From Raillietiella orientalis (Eukaryota): a stretch of DNA of 64,000 nt. Position 1 is the first letter of the stretch; every line of letters starts with the position of its first letter. The stretch spans positions 744,001-808,000 of the forward strand of contig JAYWIR010000033.1 in the NCBI GenBank assembly GCA_036172245.1, read 5' to 3'. The translations under genes and the position numbers were made by a program. Shown one piece after another: positions 35,400 through 49,200 of this stretch. The notes beneath the pieces are model-generated. The model made no database searches. It saw only the letters and a program-made list of their open reading frames with translations, and was not told the origin of the DNA.

Positions 35400-38300
35400 C
35401 ATTTGACCTCCATGCGGTCCTCTCTCCGCATGGAAATATTCAAAGTACTCCAGAGTGACCTCTGCCGTGTGCCGTGCCGTGACCGAACGTGCCTTGCCCC
35501 TACTACTTTGTAACTCGCTGCTTTCGTAACCTTATTCGTTATCGTATTTTGCCAACGTGGAGGAAAGAAGAAAACGAGAAAGTAGAAAGGAATCTTTCCC
35601 GTTTCGTCTTCCCGGCGTTGCAGCATCCGCGTATTGTGTTCTGGATGCCAGATAACGCAGTTTGGTTGCCTTCCTATCGATCCTTGACGAACGTGGGTGC
35701 CGCAGTTTCGGGTTTTAAGGAGAACGGCGGGTCGATCCCTGAGGAGTGCAAGCAGCGGGATTAGGAGCTGGTCACCTTCTCCGGGAAACGCACGGGTGAG
35801 ATCGAGTTTGCTTTCGAGAAAAAACAAAATCGATAAGGGGAACAGCCTCCTGCTCCGCAGCAGCCGCGTGTGTGGAAATTCAAGCAGGCAGTCTTCTGGA
35901 ATTGGTTCTTCTGGATTGCACGTGGCTGCATTGCAATCCTCTGGAGAGAGATCTTCCAGCGTACTGGAAGGAAGCAGCGCGTCACACAATGGGCACTTTC
36001 CTCCATCTCCATTTTCTTCGTAGCACATACTCTTTCCCTAGGAGGCAGACACAAAAACTTATCCAGGAAAGGATTTTTCGTACTGTGTTGCTTGCGTGAG
36101 GAGAGATGGATTCCCCGAAGATCTGTAAGGAATCGAATCCTTCTCCTCTAACTCAGTGTGGTGCCTTAATTATGCGTTTCACGAGTCTTCCTGTTCCATA
36201 AAAGAATGCAGGAAAGCGGTAACTGTTTTTAGTGGTAGGGTTTGCTTTGATGGAACCAGGTCAGATTGACTTGTTAAATCACGATGAAAGCATCCCCCCA
36301 AGGATTTTCACCAGTTGCAAATCAGAATCAGACTGTTCTTTCAATAAGAACTAAGCTCCTGCATTAACACTCTTCAGCTCGCAGAAACCGCCGAGACGCT
36401 GCAGGCTTCTTCGGATTTCTTTTGATTTTTGCCTTCTAAAAAAAACACACACACACACACACACATAAAAAAAACAACTTGGATTGAGCGCTGTGGAGCA
36501 GGAACTCGGCAGGAACACGGTCGCGAATCCGTCGAACATTCACACAACTTGCTGGGATGCGGCTTAGCATCGCTGAAGAAGAAGTCACTAGGCAAAGGCT
36601 CTTCCAAAATCGGAAACTGGCATCCGATTTTGGAGACAGACAGGCGGCAACACACATCCTCCCAAAATTTCGGCGTGGGAATTTTCGCGCATTAACATGC
36701 CATGATGAAGGAGAAAAAGAGTTTGGGAGCTCGATTCCAGTCAGCCTTTAGTAGGGAGATTAGGCAGCAGTACTCTGCTGATGACTTCTGTCGACAAAGA
36801 CGCTGAGAGACCTTGAGGAAGACGTGAGATGCAACTCCGAGATCGGAAAAAAGCACTACCCGGAAGACCTACAGAGGGTAACAAACGCTGAGACTTTGGG
36901 TATTCATCTCGAAATCAGCAGCGAAGCCTTGAAAGACACGCAAAAGTTCCTTTGAGGCAGCGTCTGGAGACAGTTCAAGAGGGGTTAAAAGTTCAACACG
37001 GGAGCCAATTTGAAAGTGGCTCCGTTCCGTGTATCCATTCTTCCGCTTTTCCTTTTGAGTAGGGCAGTGAGCTGCAGCCTCGCATCAGTTTTCCCCTCTC
37101 TACCTTTCAGCGTTTTCTCTCAGCTTCATGAGGAAGAAGCCAAAAAAGACGGATTTTCTTCAGGGAAGCTGCTGATCCCTTCGTTCCGGAAGCATAAGCC
37201 AAGGGAGAAACACGTTGCCGCGTTCCAAGAAAAGAAAGACACGTGGCTTTTTGCCCTTTCGTGATTGGGGGAGGAGGGAGGGGGAAAGGAAGATAGTCAT
37301 TTCGAATCTTCTGGCATGAATTAGAGATCTGAGGAAGGGAGGAAGAGGAGCTACCGAAGGAGGAGGGAGGAGCAGAAGTGCAGGAAAGTGGTTTCACAGT
37401 GTAGCACCAGACCAGAGAGGGACCAGGGAGGCGAATGGATGACCCTGAGACGTCCAAACTGCGAACCCCCTGAGGAATGCAGAAGCCTTGGCCACTGAGG
37501 GTAGGAAAAAAAAAACCTCGACCTCGGATGCTGGGGAACCTTGGCGAGTGACCGATCTAGAGGCTCGAGGAAGTGACGGTTGACTCGGGTAGAGCCCTGG
37601 GAATCCGGGTTTGTTCCAGCTCCTTAGGTTTGCTGAATAAGGTCCCTTACCTATCTCCCGCCGCCCCACCTTCCACTCTTCTCTACCTCATGCAGCCGAC
37701 TCGAGACGCATCGTGAGGGTGGAAGCCGTTGACTGGATACCTGGGATTGGCTCAACCTTCCCTTGGGAATGCTCCCCTCCGAGGCAGCGAGGTGGATGAG
37801 CAGCCGGGATCTAGGGAAATTCCCCTTGCTGTTGGGCTGGCATGAGAAAGCAGAGCCGTTCCTGGATCCCAGCTCTTCTAGGGATTCCCACGCAGGTGAT
37901 GATACGATGGTCTCTTCGGATCGCACCGGTGCCAAAAATAGGAGCGCCACTTTCATCTCTCCTTTGGACTGTGGCTGTGGAGCCGGGATATGTGTCGCGG
38001 AACGTCCCCAGCTTCCGAGACGGGCGTTCTGGACGGGCGACGACTCTCTACCTGTCCGTCCTCTCTTCTTCGGATAAGTTTGTCGACCTTGCGGATGGTA
38101 GGAAGTCGTCGGGGGAGGCTGACTTGCTCTGTGTCTCTATGGCAGTGGTCAGGGTGTGGAATGGCTCCTTTTCCTCCAGCCCCTCCCCTGGAAACAGACT
38201 TTTGAACTCGTCATCGGTGTCAGTGCCTCGCCATGCCGAATTCTACTGCTGATTGGCAAATCTTGGGGGCACTTGGCATTCTCAGGCTGAGTGGAACGAG

Positions 38301-38650
38301 GAATTCCTAGAGGACGAAGCTGAAAAGACTCCTGAGATGGATGACGTGCAGTCGCCAAGCTCAGATGAGATACTGCAGTTGTGTAGAAGGCTCTAAGAGA
38401 CGCCATCTTATGAGGAACCTTAATTCCGTTCGTCCACCAGCAAGGGGAAGGGAGGCGATTCCAGTTTCCCTCGACGGGTCGACATGACGAGGCTCCTCTC
38501 TACACGACCTTGAAGGATGGACGAAGCGTCCGCCTTGGGTCTCTTCCTTCAAGGAGCATCGCTATGATGCGGAATTGATCTTGTGGTCGAAGGACACACA
38601 ATCCTGAAGGCCACAATCCCGAATGTCGAAAGCATGAAAGACCAAAAATC
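35400..38650 (-). mobile_element. Degenerate DIRS-like retrotransposon relic (gag-RT-YR order)
   Basis: Cys/His gag-like HAFDIRDCGLQDC near 38600; KIRNDYLPFPLPPPP (I..GY.lpF...PP-like) near 37290; RKQHSTKNPFLDKFLC (ST...W..F..WC-like) near 36070. Confidence 0.35.
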
Positions 38651-39899
38651 GGAATTCCGACATATGAAAAAGTGTTTATTTGTACTTTTGTAGATGTTAA
38701 CTTTGAAAGAAAAAAAGGACTAGATTACGGGCACGTGCACGGAGGTAGTCGAAAAGAGCTGGCCAACTGTCCTGATCATCGACCATGTTTCGAAGTCTTG
38801 CGTCGCGATGAGTAGGAGATGCCACCACTCCCGGAAACCGCACTTCTCACCGAAAAGAAAAAAAAAAAAAGGCGATCTAAGAGGGACAGAAAGCCGGACC
38901 GGTAAGAGGTGGGTGCTCTGGCCGTTCATAGAGATCGTTCTTTGCTCGACACTGTACTGAGGGCTTTTTTTACTTTATGTTTTTTTCTCTGAAGACCACC
39001 CGGGGGTATGCGCCGGGGGTATGGAAAGTGGGATCCCCTCCGTATGGATTCCCTGGCGACCCTGCACCCTGTCCCGAAAAGCGCGGGAAGAGGCGCGCAC
39101 GAGAATCGACGCAGGAAGCGAAGCTGCGCGCCTCCCACGCGCTGCAACTTCGTAGTGACGAGAGCTCACAACACGGCCGAAGGTGTTCTTGCGGTGTTCG
39201 CTCGCCAAAAAGCTGTGATGTGTCCACCGTTCGAGGCTACTCGGTAACCAGGCAGGAAATTCTCATTCGTTTTTCTCATTCTCAGAATTCTCCGTGCTAT
39301 GTATTTCAGTTTTGCTGCACATTTCCAGCGCTCGATAAAGGAAGCCTCCTCCATAAATGATGAATTGTGCTTTCGGGATTTTGACCTCTCGGTATTCGGA
39401 ACGATGGGGTTGGGAATTGTGAGCGGAACCCGCAAGGATGATAAAGATGGCGCCGATCCTCAGCCCAACCAATTGCCAGCCATCCCACATTCCTGAATCA
39501 ACGGAGCCAAAGGCTCGCACCTGTGGAGTGACCGACCGTTAGTTTTCCGTAACCGAAGGAACGGTCAGCAGTCTCTGCGAAAGGAGAGACCTTTCGCTGG
39601 GGGGGGGGGAGGGGGAGTCTCATCTGGCCGGGGTGTTTGAAGCACGGAGTAGCGCTTCCTCCTGGATAGCAGGGGTCGCTGACGTTTTCTTTGCTTCCGC
39701 CCCCTCGAGGTGGCTTGCCGTGTCGGGACGGCGGTCTCAGCCTCCTGATTCTGGAGCAACTGGAGCCTCAGCTCCAGTTCGAGACTCTTGCCCTAGTGGC
39801 GAAGTTTTGGAACACCACTTGATGCACCCCTGCACGCCTCCTCATCACCGAGCAGGCCACCGGCAGCCCTGGACTCACGTCCTTCCTTGCCCGAGCTCC

Positions 39900-40740
39900 A
39901 CTCAGTCTCATCCACGGCGGATTGCAACCTGCGGCAGGCGGCCACGCTGACCAGGAAAAATGGATGGATCTCGTGCTGTACTGCGAACGCTAGTGTCTGG
40001 CTTCAGGAAACCGTTCTCACGTTAGCGAGGATCCAGGAGCCAAGGAAGGAAGAGGTGCGACGTTTCCTGTACGTGCGCAACAACAACTGCACGCTTGGGA
40101 GATCCTGGAAGATCCCGTGAAGAGTGCATGGGCAAGAAGAACCTCCCTCGCCGCAGCGCCACCCTCCCTTAGGGAACACATGTACCAGCAGCCTTACGGC
40201 TAGATGGCAAGTTACTGTGGAAACCTCCGGAAGGAGGAAAGGAGCATTGGACTCCGAGTATTCGATCTCGTGGACTTTTGCGCTGGGGCGTGCACTTCCA
40301 ACGGAGCATCTGCAGTGGACTCCGGTGCTCATGAATACGCGCACCCTCCCCTTAAAGCGGCAGAAATCGTTTCTGAGCCGTCTACAGCGTGTTTGCATGT
40401 AGCGACGCAAGAGGACCTAGCGACAGGGGTGCCACATCCACATCGCCTTCTGCTTCGTGAAGATGGCCCCACCTGAACAGCAATATCCGGCAAGACTTTG
40501 CCGGCATCCTACAGAGGATACAGAGGACCGCTCCCAGCAGACAGTGATTCCTTTCCGCGCACCCACCCCCGCCACAAATTATTTTATTTTTATTTTGTTT
40601 CTTTTTCTTTTTTGTTTGCCCCCCCCCCCCCCCTTCTGCTGTCGTGGTGGACCTCACCGGTCTGCGAGCCGGTAACGTGGCAGGTTAGATCTAAAAAGGA
40701 CGGGGTTGGTGCCCTTTTTAGATCTAACCTGCCGCACGTC
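39900..40740 (+). mobile_element. Internally deleted L1/Tx1-like 3' fragment
   Basis: QAATLTRKNGWISCCTANASVWLQE matches the 7010-7090 region; 40170-40360 matches 27280-27500; followed by the T-rich tract and gacc-tcacc-ggtc hairpin. Confidence 0.8.
40679..40733. repeat. Perfect 21 bp inverted repeat (13 nt loop)
   Basis: ggcaggttagatctaaaaagg / cctttttagatctaacctgcc. Confidence 0.95.
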
Positions 40741-42900
40741 GGATAGCGTGTTCCAGCCCCGGCCTACCCTGGTGAAAATCGAGGTGGCTCGCAAAGAGGG
40801 AACCATGCCGCATCCCTTCTGCTGATCCTCAAACCAGTGGTGTTTTCGAGGAGAATCCGGGAGCGTCTCGACTGCTCCTGTCCACCTCGGCATCTCGACG
40901 GACGAGGGGGCCGAAATGTTCCCCCTCGATGGTTGCCTCACTTCCCCCCGGGAATGAATTCGGAGGGATGGCGAAAAGGAGGACAGCAGTGGTGGTGGAG
41001 GTGGTGAGGAGGGAAAGGAAGCATCTGAGTCGATCGCGGCGTTCCTGCTGATCGACCCAAGGGGGCTGGAAGGAGACGTCGCCGCCGGAGCCTGCGGGGT
41101 TGAATACAGGCGAGAAGAGATGCGTGGGCTCCCCGCGGAGTCGCGGGGACACGAGGCAGTCTCTTCTGCGGGTGACCTCTCGCCCGAGGAAAGGTCTCAG
41201 GGAGGAAGGGAGGGGAGTCGTCGCATCCCTGGCGGCGTTCAGCGATGACGTACCTCGGTCGTTTGGGGAGGCAGTCGCGCGTGTCTAAAAGGCCGGCAGC
41301 AAACCGAACTTCTAGGATTGTCCAAGGAAAGAGCCGGGGGGAGGACGGTGCTGGACCACAACGGAACGCGCGCACGTGCTTCCCAAAAGCTGAGTGGGGG
41401 GGGGGGGCGCCAGCTCGTCAGCCACCGCGAAGAGAGGCGCAAGTGCCCCTGGGAGGTACCGAAACGGAGGAGGAGCAAGGGAACTTCCCGTTCACACGGT
41501 GGTAGGAGAGGAGGGAGGGAGGAGAGCCTTCACGCCTGAGAGTGTACCAGGATAGGGGCGTACCTTGAGCGCGATGTTGGTCAGGACGGGGGTCAGCTCC
41601 CCAGAGCGAAAACGCGCACAGACAGCAAGCCCCTCTACCTGTCCTAGTGGACGGACGTTCTAGAGGGAGGGGCTGCCCGTCTCTTCCGGATCTGCGGTTC
41701 CTGACGAACGGTGACTCCGCTCCCCCCTCGTTGGAAGGCTGGAGGAGCAAGAGAGATGGTGGGGACGCGCAATCTGATAACCTTGGAGGAATGAAAGATG
41801 GTGTGGAGCAAGGAAATCATGCAGCCAAAAAGGGACAGGGTCCTTCGTTTCTTCGGGGCTCTGTGAATCCCACAGGAGGGTCTCTCGGGAACACGTTTGG
41901 GGAAACTCCGGTCCCCATCCGTCCTCTCTTTTGGTTTTTGTTTTAGTCTTGACTGCGGGAGAAGAGTGGGGGATTCGAACAAGGGCATCCTCTGGCTCCG
42001 AATCGCAGGCTGCGTCCGGAATGAAAGCATTCTGGAAGGAAGGAGGATTCGGGAATGTCCACCTCTGGGACATCCGGCTTTTTTTTCCGATCGGGATTTT
42101 TGTACCTAGTCGACCTCTTTGGCGCTTCTTCTTCTTCTCTCTTTCATTTCTTCCATGTGTTCTTCTTCTGATTCTTTTGCCCTCCTCCTCCCCGTCTTTC
42201 TGCTCCGCGTGATCTGATTTTCTCTTCTTTCTTCCGTCTCACCACATTCGCGCGTTGCTGAGCAGCAACCGGATGACGGCGTGGATTTCCGCGTTGGAAA
42301 TCCCCGGAGAGCTTCGAAGGCTTCCGTCGCTTTGTGGGTCGGAAACGTTCCCTGATGCTGCCCCTTCGTGTTCTGCCTTTCCTCCGGATCGCAGTAGACT
42401 CCCGCGGATCCTACTGCCTCCGTCCCGAAGAGGAAATTTCGGGATGCAAATGGAGCGAAAATGATTCGGAAAAAAAAAATAAAAAAAAAAAAAGGCGGAC
42501 GAAAGCCCTCGTGGTTATTCGCCTCGTCGTTCCGTCCGAAAGAAGGCATCACACTTTCCGGCCTGCCATCCTTCTCGGGTGGTTTTCCCCTCCTCCCTCC
42601 GCCTGGATCTCTCCCTTCCGGTTTTTCTCAGGATTGATTTCTCAGCAGTGATTTCAAGTCCGCCCGGGACCTTTCCTCCCTCCCGAAGGGCAGTTGTCTT
42701 CCTCTCATCTGGCAGTACCAGCGGGACGGCGCTCCCTCCTTCCTCCCTTGCGGCCGTGTGCCGAATTTTGTGGGTCCGGCTTTTTAGAGTACACGAAGAT
42801 CGCGTGCGATGTTTTGCGTTTGTTCTCTCGGATCCTCGCGGTGCCTGCAGCATTCCTTTTCGCTCCATCACATCTTAGCTCGCTCTATCGCACAGCCCTC
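40740..42900 (-). mobile_element. Possible ORF1/gag-like relic of a non-LTR element
   Basis: GC-rich, Pro/Arg-rich minus frames with a decayed knuckle (RFGTSQGHLRL). No intact ORF. Confidence 0.3.
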
Positions 42901-44025
42901 GTATGCGCGGTTTTTTGTTGTTGTCTGCTCATAAGAAATAAAAGGGTCTTTTTCCTTTGAAAAACAGAAGGAAAAAAAACAGGGAATATTGTGTTGTTAA
43001 GAGCAAAGATCTGGCTCCGGTTTCCCGCAGCTCGTGATCTACACGACCAGCGTTTCCCGATAACGGAACGAATCCCGAAATTTCAACGGGATACCCTCGT
43101 TATTTCGTAGGGTGATGGGCAGACATTAATAAGGAATGAACGAAAGAGTTGAGGAAAGTATTCTTCTCAAACTTCCATGGTGCAAAGCAGAACACATGGG
43201 AATAGTAAAATCGACCAGCGTGTGCACGGCGAAATGACGTTCTTCATGACTTTGACGATGATGCTTTTTTCGGGTCTTTGAACTGCAAACCCTTTTGGTA
43301 CAGCATCAGAAAAGTTGACGCGCCAAGTAGGGGGGAGGGCGCCAGAGTTTCAAACGCGTTCCGACTTGGCGCAGCATTCGAAATGCATTCATCTTTCATA
43401 ATCTTTCGCGGAACGCTTGGTGGTGTGCCGAGGGGAACACCAGTGTTCCGGGGCAGCATAGTTCGGGAAACGCTGATCCAGGACCATCGGGGCAAGAGAA
43501 GGAGATGCATACGTCCGGACAGGACAGACGGGGGAGACAAAACGTCCAGAGCGCCCTGAGACGGATCCATTTATTTGAAAGTTCGATGGAGGCCGCGGGG
43601 AAAACCCGACCCACCGGGGACACGGAGATGCCAGAGGGGAGGGAAGGAAGGGAAAACCCTTTGCAGTCGCAGGAAGCACATCGTCTCTGGACCAGCAGCA
43701 GCATGTGGATCGCCCACGCACTGGAGTTCAGTTGAGCGCCCCGCAAACGGTCGCTTAAGAGAGAAGAGGCACCTCTCGAGGAACACCCCGCAGGGCGTCG
43801 TACTCTTCAGAAGAGGGAGCACACAGCGTTCCGAGATGATTCCCGGGCGCGCCTGTCGAACTTCCCTTCAGCGCGAGTGAAGGAAGACAGGAAAACGACG
43901 CATTTACTTAGTCGTAGATTGAAGGCGTGGATTTGTTCCTCCGGAAATAGCACGCAAGAGCCACAGCAATTGAAACAGAATTGCAAATTAAAAAGAAAAG
44001 CCATGCTAAAAATAACATCGGCCAA

Positions 44026-44026
<1 letters not shown>

Positions 44027-44056
<30 letters not shown>

Positions 44057-44069
44057 AAAAAAAAAAAAA
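44027..44069 (+). repeat. (GA)n microsatellite followed by a poly(A) tract
   Basis: About 12 GA units followed by an A run of about 17. Confidence 0.9.
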
Positions 44070-45175
44070 GGAGGAGAAAAAAAAAGGGAAAGAAAGAAAG
44101 ACGTGAATACCGCAGCAGCGATGGCAATCTCGTGGGAAACCATTCCTCGCCACGGCAGGAAGTGAGGTTACCACGGGGACGCCGACGAACGTGGAAAAAG
44201 GCCGTATCAGGAAAAAATTCCTCCGGCGAAAAGTTGGTGCTGTTATCAGTGATCATCGATGATCTCAGTCCACTGCTGGATGCGTGTGCGTGCGTTTTTT
44301 TTTTTTTTTTTTGTCGTTTCATTTCCTTTTCTCCCCCCCCCCCCCGACCACGGGAGAGCAGTGGCTCTCCCGTGGTCGTCGTCGTCCATCGGTTTCACAG
44401 ATGGTTGGGCACACTGATTCGCATGTGTGTTCCGTGCCACATCAATATCGTGCTAACGACGTGCATTTAGTCCTCCATCAGCAACGAGAGAGACACAAAA
44501 TCACTTCCAAATTTTTTTCTGCGATAAAAACACGCGTTCGCGCAAGTTGCGAGCCGATTTAATCAGCTTCACACAAGCAGGAGGAAGGAAGGAAAGGGAA
44601 AAAAAAAAAAAAAAAAAAAAAAAGAAAACGGTCTCCTGGCTCTCGAAGCACGCAGTCTTCAAAATTATCGGATTTTTTTTTTTTTTTGTTCTTTCCTTCT
44701 TCTTTTCTTTCCCTTTTTTTTTTTTTTTTTTCCTCCTTTTCCGCCTTTGCTCGAAGCATACTTCTTTTACAAACAAAACAAACAACCAATCAAAAGCCCT
44801 GCTCACATGTCCAGGTTACCCGAGCAGCATCTTCCGTGCAGTGCTGGAACCGAGCGCAAAAGTGCAAGTGGATGTGCGCGAGTGTCCCCTGGAGCCAGTC
44901 GAAAATGCCTGCTGCGGCGCGGCGGTACGCGGGCGTCGTCGCGGCGTAGCACGCGTCCCAGGGGGAACGGAAGCTTGCAAAAGTGTGTTCTGTGTGTGCG
45001 CGCCCGCGCGCGCCCGCGTGTTCCTTTCCTTTTTCTCCACTCCCCTCCCTCCCTCCCTCCCTCTCTCTCTCTCTCTCCCCTCATTCTCCCATCCCCCTCC
45101 TCCGGGGAGGCCCGTTTTCATCCCCCCTCTCTCCCCTCCCCCCAGGCGCCCCACCCACCCCCCTTGCCCGCGCCA

Positions 45176-46212
45176 ATGCGCTGCCTAGCGTTTCTCTCCG
45201 TGCTGCACGTCGTCGCCGTGGTCAGCGTCCGCGGTTTCTCGTCGGACGCCTGGGGAAACTGCGAGGTGATCAAGATCGAGATGTGCGAGAATCTCGGCTA
45301 CAACATGACCAAGATGCCCAACTTTGTGAACCACGAGAACCAGCTGGAGGCCGAGCAGCAGTTGCAGACCTTCACGCCCCTGATCCAGTACGGCTGCTCC
45401 AGCCAGCTCCAGTTTTTCCTCTGCTCCGCCTTCGTCCCCATGTGCACCGAGAAGGTCCCCAACTCCATCGGCCCGTGCCGTTCTCTCTGCAAGAACGTGC
45501 AGATGCGCTGCCTGCCCGTCCTCCAGGAATTCGGGTATTCCTGGCCGCCTTCGTTGAACTGCTCCTTGTTCCCCCCGGAGAACAACAACGAGCACATGTG
45601 CATGCAGGGCCCCGAAGAAAGGGCCGCGAACGTGCCTTACATCTCGGACTACCTCTCCAAAGTGAACCTGAACAGGTTCCAGAAACACAGCTACCCGAAC
45701 TTGCGAACCGGCGGCATCTTATCCAGCCACTACGCGAGGATCCCGGGCGCCTCGCACCCGGCGGGGTCCTGCGCCCATCTGAAATACTCCCAGAATTACC
45801 TGTACATCAACCGGACCAAAAAATGCGCCCAGAAGTGTGACGCCGACGTCATCTTCACCCGCGAGAACAAGAGCTTCGCCGAGGCGTGGTTCGCAGTGTG
45901 GTCGTCGCTGTGCTTCCTGTTCTCCCTCTTCACCACGCTGACCTTCCTCATCGACTCGTCCAGATTCTGCTATCCCGAAAGACCCGTCATATTCCTCAAC
46001 TTGTGCTTCTGCCTCCACAGCATCGGCTACATCGTCAGATTGCTCGCGGGCCGTTACGATATTTCGTGTCACTTTGAAAGTCAGCATGCGGCCCAAGTTC
46101 TTACGCAAGAAGGCCTCACCAACACCAACTGCGGGGTCGTCTTTCTTTTGCTGTACTATTTCGGAATGGCAGCCTCGATATGGTGAGAATTGTTGCTTGG
46201 ATGCTGTGGCGG

Positions 46213-46245
<33 letters not shown>

Positions 46246-49200
46246 CGTGTGGCCAAAAAAGAAAAAAACAAAAAGTAGGGGAGCGCGCGTCCGCCGGGCA
46301 TCTCAGAGCAAAACCAAACGACATCTTGGGGGACCCCCCCCCCCTCTCTCTCTCTCTCTCTGGAGTCGCTCGGCGTGGTGGGGAAAAGATGCCGAAGCAC
46401 GTTCTTTCTCCGCTCGCCTTTTGGCATCTCGATTCCCGGCTGCACCAAAGCCGTCCACAAGAGCAGCCTCGACGCGCGTCCTTTCCGTTTCCGTCCTCGC
46501 CGAGCAACCGGAAACCACCGCGGGTGGAAGGCATCTCGGGATCTGCCGACGAGCGAGACGTCCTCTTCGGCTGCTGCTGCTGCTGCCGCCGCCCGAAAAA
46601 CCGTACGGATTGCGCGTGTCCCTCCCCTTCTGCTCTCCGTCGAAGCCTTCCTTTCCCAGCAAGCAGCGTTCTGCCCATTAAGCGTTCTCGAAATTACAAT
46701 GTAAAGATATCTTCCCATCCGTGGTGAAAAACGTGTGCCATAATTCAGTGCCAATCAAGAGTGATTCGACTTGGTGGGAAAAAAAAGAAAAAAGAATGGC
46801 CCCGGTGTGTTTTCAGCACGGTGATTAAAGCAGTCGAATGTGGCAAGTATTCTCGTGTACAGTCCGGAATTAGGTGGCAGAAGACAGCACAAGAAGAATG
46901 GAACGCGTAAACGCTCGAAGAACCTTCGAAGTGATTCCGGGCGATGCTTTTCCAGCAGCCAAGGATTGTTTCTTCTTCTTCTCTTCAAGCTGGTGGGATG
47001 CGAGAGGTTCGCGCGTACCGGAATAGCAGGAGAGATCATTAAGCCGGCAGAAGAAGAGCATCTTCGCCTTGTCTTCGCTTACGCTTTGTTTGTTTTTCCT
47101 TCTGCTGAGCGTCTGTGGAAAAGGCGAGGGGGGGGCGGAGACGTCGAGCAGATGGTTTGTGTTTGCAGCAGCAGCACTTGCGCGGTGTGGGGGTGGGTGT
47201 CTGCAGGGTTTGCTCCGGTGCTCAAAGGGAATTTCGATGGGGGGGGGGAGTGCTGGAGAGCGCGCGCACGGCGGGAGTTTTTTTTTTTTTTGGGGGGGGG
47301 GGGCAAGGGGGTCTCCTCTGGGGGAAACTCGGCGAAAGGAAATGGCGATAGGGAAGCACAGTCGTTCGGGTTCGTTCCGCTGAGGCCGGCGAAAGGAAAC
47401 ACAGCCAGGGAAACACGAAGTTGTGGTGTTGGGGATATAAGGCATCCGTGTTTGTTTTCCTTTCTTCCTCGGTGTCCCTTCCTCGAAGCGAGTCGGGAGT
47501 ACCCCCAGACACCAGATGCCTTTCCGTCTCCTGGGTTGCCTTGGTTTCGGTGTGTAATGGTTCCAACGTGAGCTGCGTCGGCGCAGCCTCGCCGTCCGTT
47601 CTCTAATGAGTCTCCAATCATCTGGTGAGCGAGGGAGGCATGACCTCTTGCTCTAGAAGCTCGAGAGAAAGCATCGGGGTTCGAGGAGCAGGCAGCACCA
47701 AGCGTTCTGTGCACCGGGCACCGGAAAGTTAACATGTGAAATACCGACGCCAGCGGAGGAGAGGAGGAACACGTCGGAGGGAAGGGAGGGCAGAGGATTC
47801 AGGCGGAAAGGGGAGAGGATTCTATTTTTGCTTTTGTGTGTGTGTGTGTGTGTGTTTTCTTTCATTTTCCTCGTTTCGGCTGTCGACAGTCCGACGCGGG
47901 CGCGCGGCGACCGGATTTCGCGCGCTGTCGTTCGGTTCCCTGACAGCATCCCAAACGGCGAGGGATGCTGAGCATCGTCTCCATCGTCTCCACGTCTCCA
48001 TTCGGCTGTGGGTTGTCGAGCCTTGTAGGCGTTTGGCTCTCAAGATGGCTCAAGATTGTCTCGCGAGATCTTGCCATCAAGGGGCTGTCGTGGCCGCGCG
48101 AGCTCCGAGAGTAGGTAGGTAGGTAGGTAGGGGGGGAGGGGAGAGCGGGAACGAGGAGAGGGCCTCGACCTCGTCGACTTGCCCGTCGCGGCATCGGTCG
48201 TGGCCCCTCCGGCGGCTGCCCCGCATCCTGGCCCGGAGTGCGTGGGAAGATGAGGAGCAGCTGCCCGGCGGCAGCATCTCGCGCCCCCCCCCCCCTCAGA
48301 GGTGTTGTTGCGCCGTCGGGAATGCGAGCAGCGGGGGTGACCCGGTGCTGCTCGAGGAAGGCACGGTGCCTCGTGCTGCCGTCACACTTTCCCTTTCGCG
48401 AAGTGCACCCAAGCAGTGAAACGCATTGAGTGGTTTCGTTAGGCGGCGAACGCTTCGAGACCCCCGTGCTGCTTGTGACGAAGACGAAGAGCGGTGTCAC
48501 CCGGGTCGTTGCCAGGTGGCTGGCATGCGGACGATTTCCGAAGCAACGCGTGTCGCCGCTTTCAGCAGTAGCATGGGAAAGGGATGGCGGAAGTGGCAGC
48601 TCACCGAAAAGTGGCCAGTGGCTTTTGTTCGATCCCCGGAATTCGGGAATCCGGTGGATTTCCCTTAACGGGGTGGTCTTCTGCCCTGCCATGAGTGGTC
48701 CTGAGAGCATGTGCTTTTTACGGCCCCGGGTTTGACGTGCGGGGGCCGAACCCGTGTGATTTGTTACAGAAGCTCGGCACCGAGGTCATCGTCAATAAGA
48801 GTACGAAAGGGGAGGGAGGACATAATGAAAACTAAGGAGAGAGTGCAGTGATCGGAGGTGTTGCTTAAGTGGTCTCGCCGGTGTAGTAATTGGCGGATGT
48901 GTACACAGTGTTGCCCTGGCTTTCAGCTGCTTAGCAAGTCAGGTGGCGTGGGCCACTCGTCACGTCGTACCGTAATCGCATGCTGAATTGAATTTGATCG
49001 CGGCCCGGCGTGTTCAAAGTGGTTAACCGAAGGGTCGTCATGGGTGCGGTCTTTGTGTGGAACGCCGTCGCGAGTGCCAACCAGGGGTGGTATGCTGCCG
49101 AATCGGGAGAGCGGGTAGCCTTTTTCTTCCCCCCGTTGCTTTGTTCCGAGCTGGAGCGCGGAGCTGCCTTTTTCTGCCACGCCGTCATCCAGGATTCTGC

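Noticed and set aside
38995..39025. cccgg..ccgggtgg on the minus strand, resembling the family's terminal hairpin
   Set aside because: It is a short tandem duplication with a longer loop, no AATAAA and no upstream family homology.
44747..45175. 143 aa N-terminal extension of the Frizzled ORF in the ORF track
   Set aside because: It has a non-ATG start and runs through a polypyrimidine tract and acceptor. The signal peptide begins at ATG 45176.
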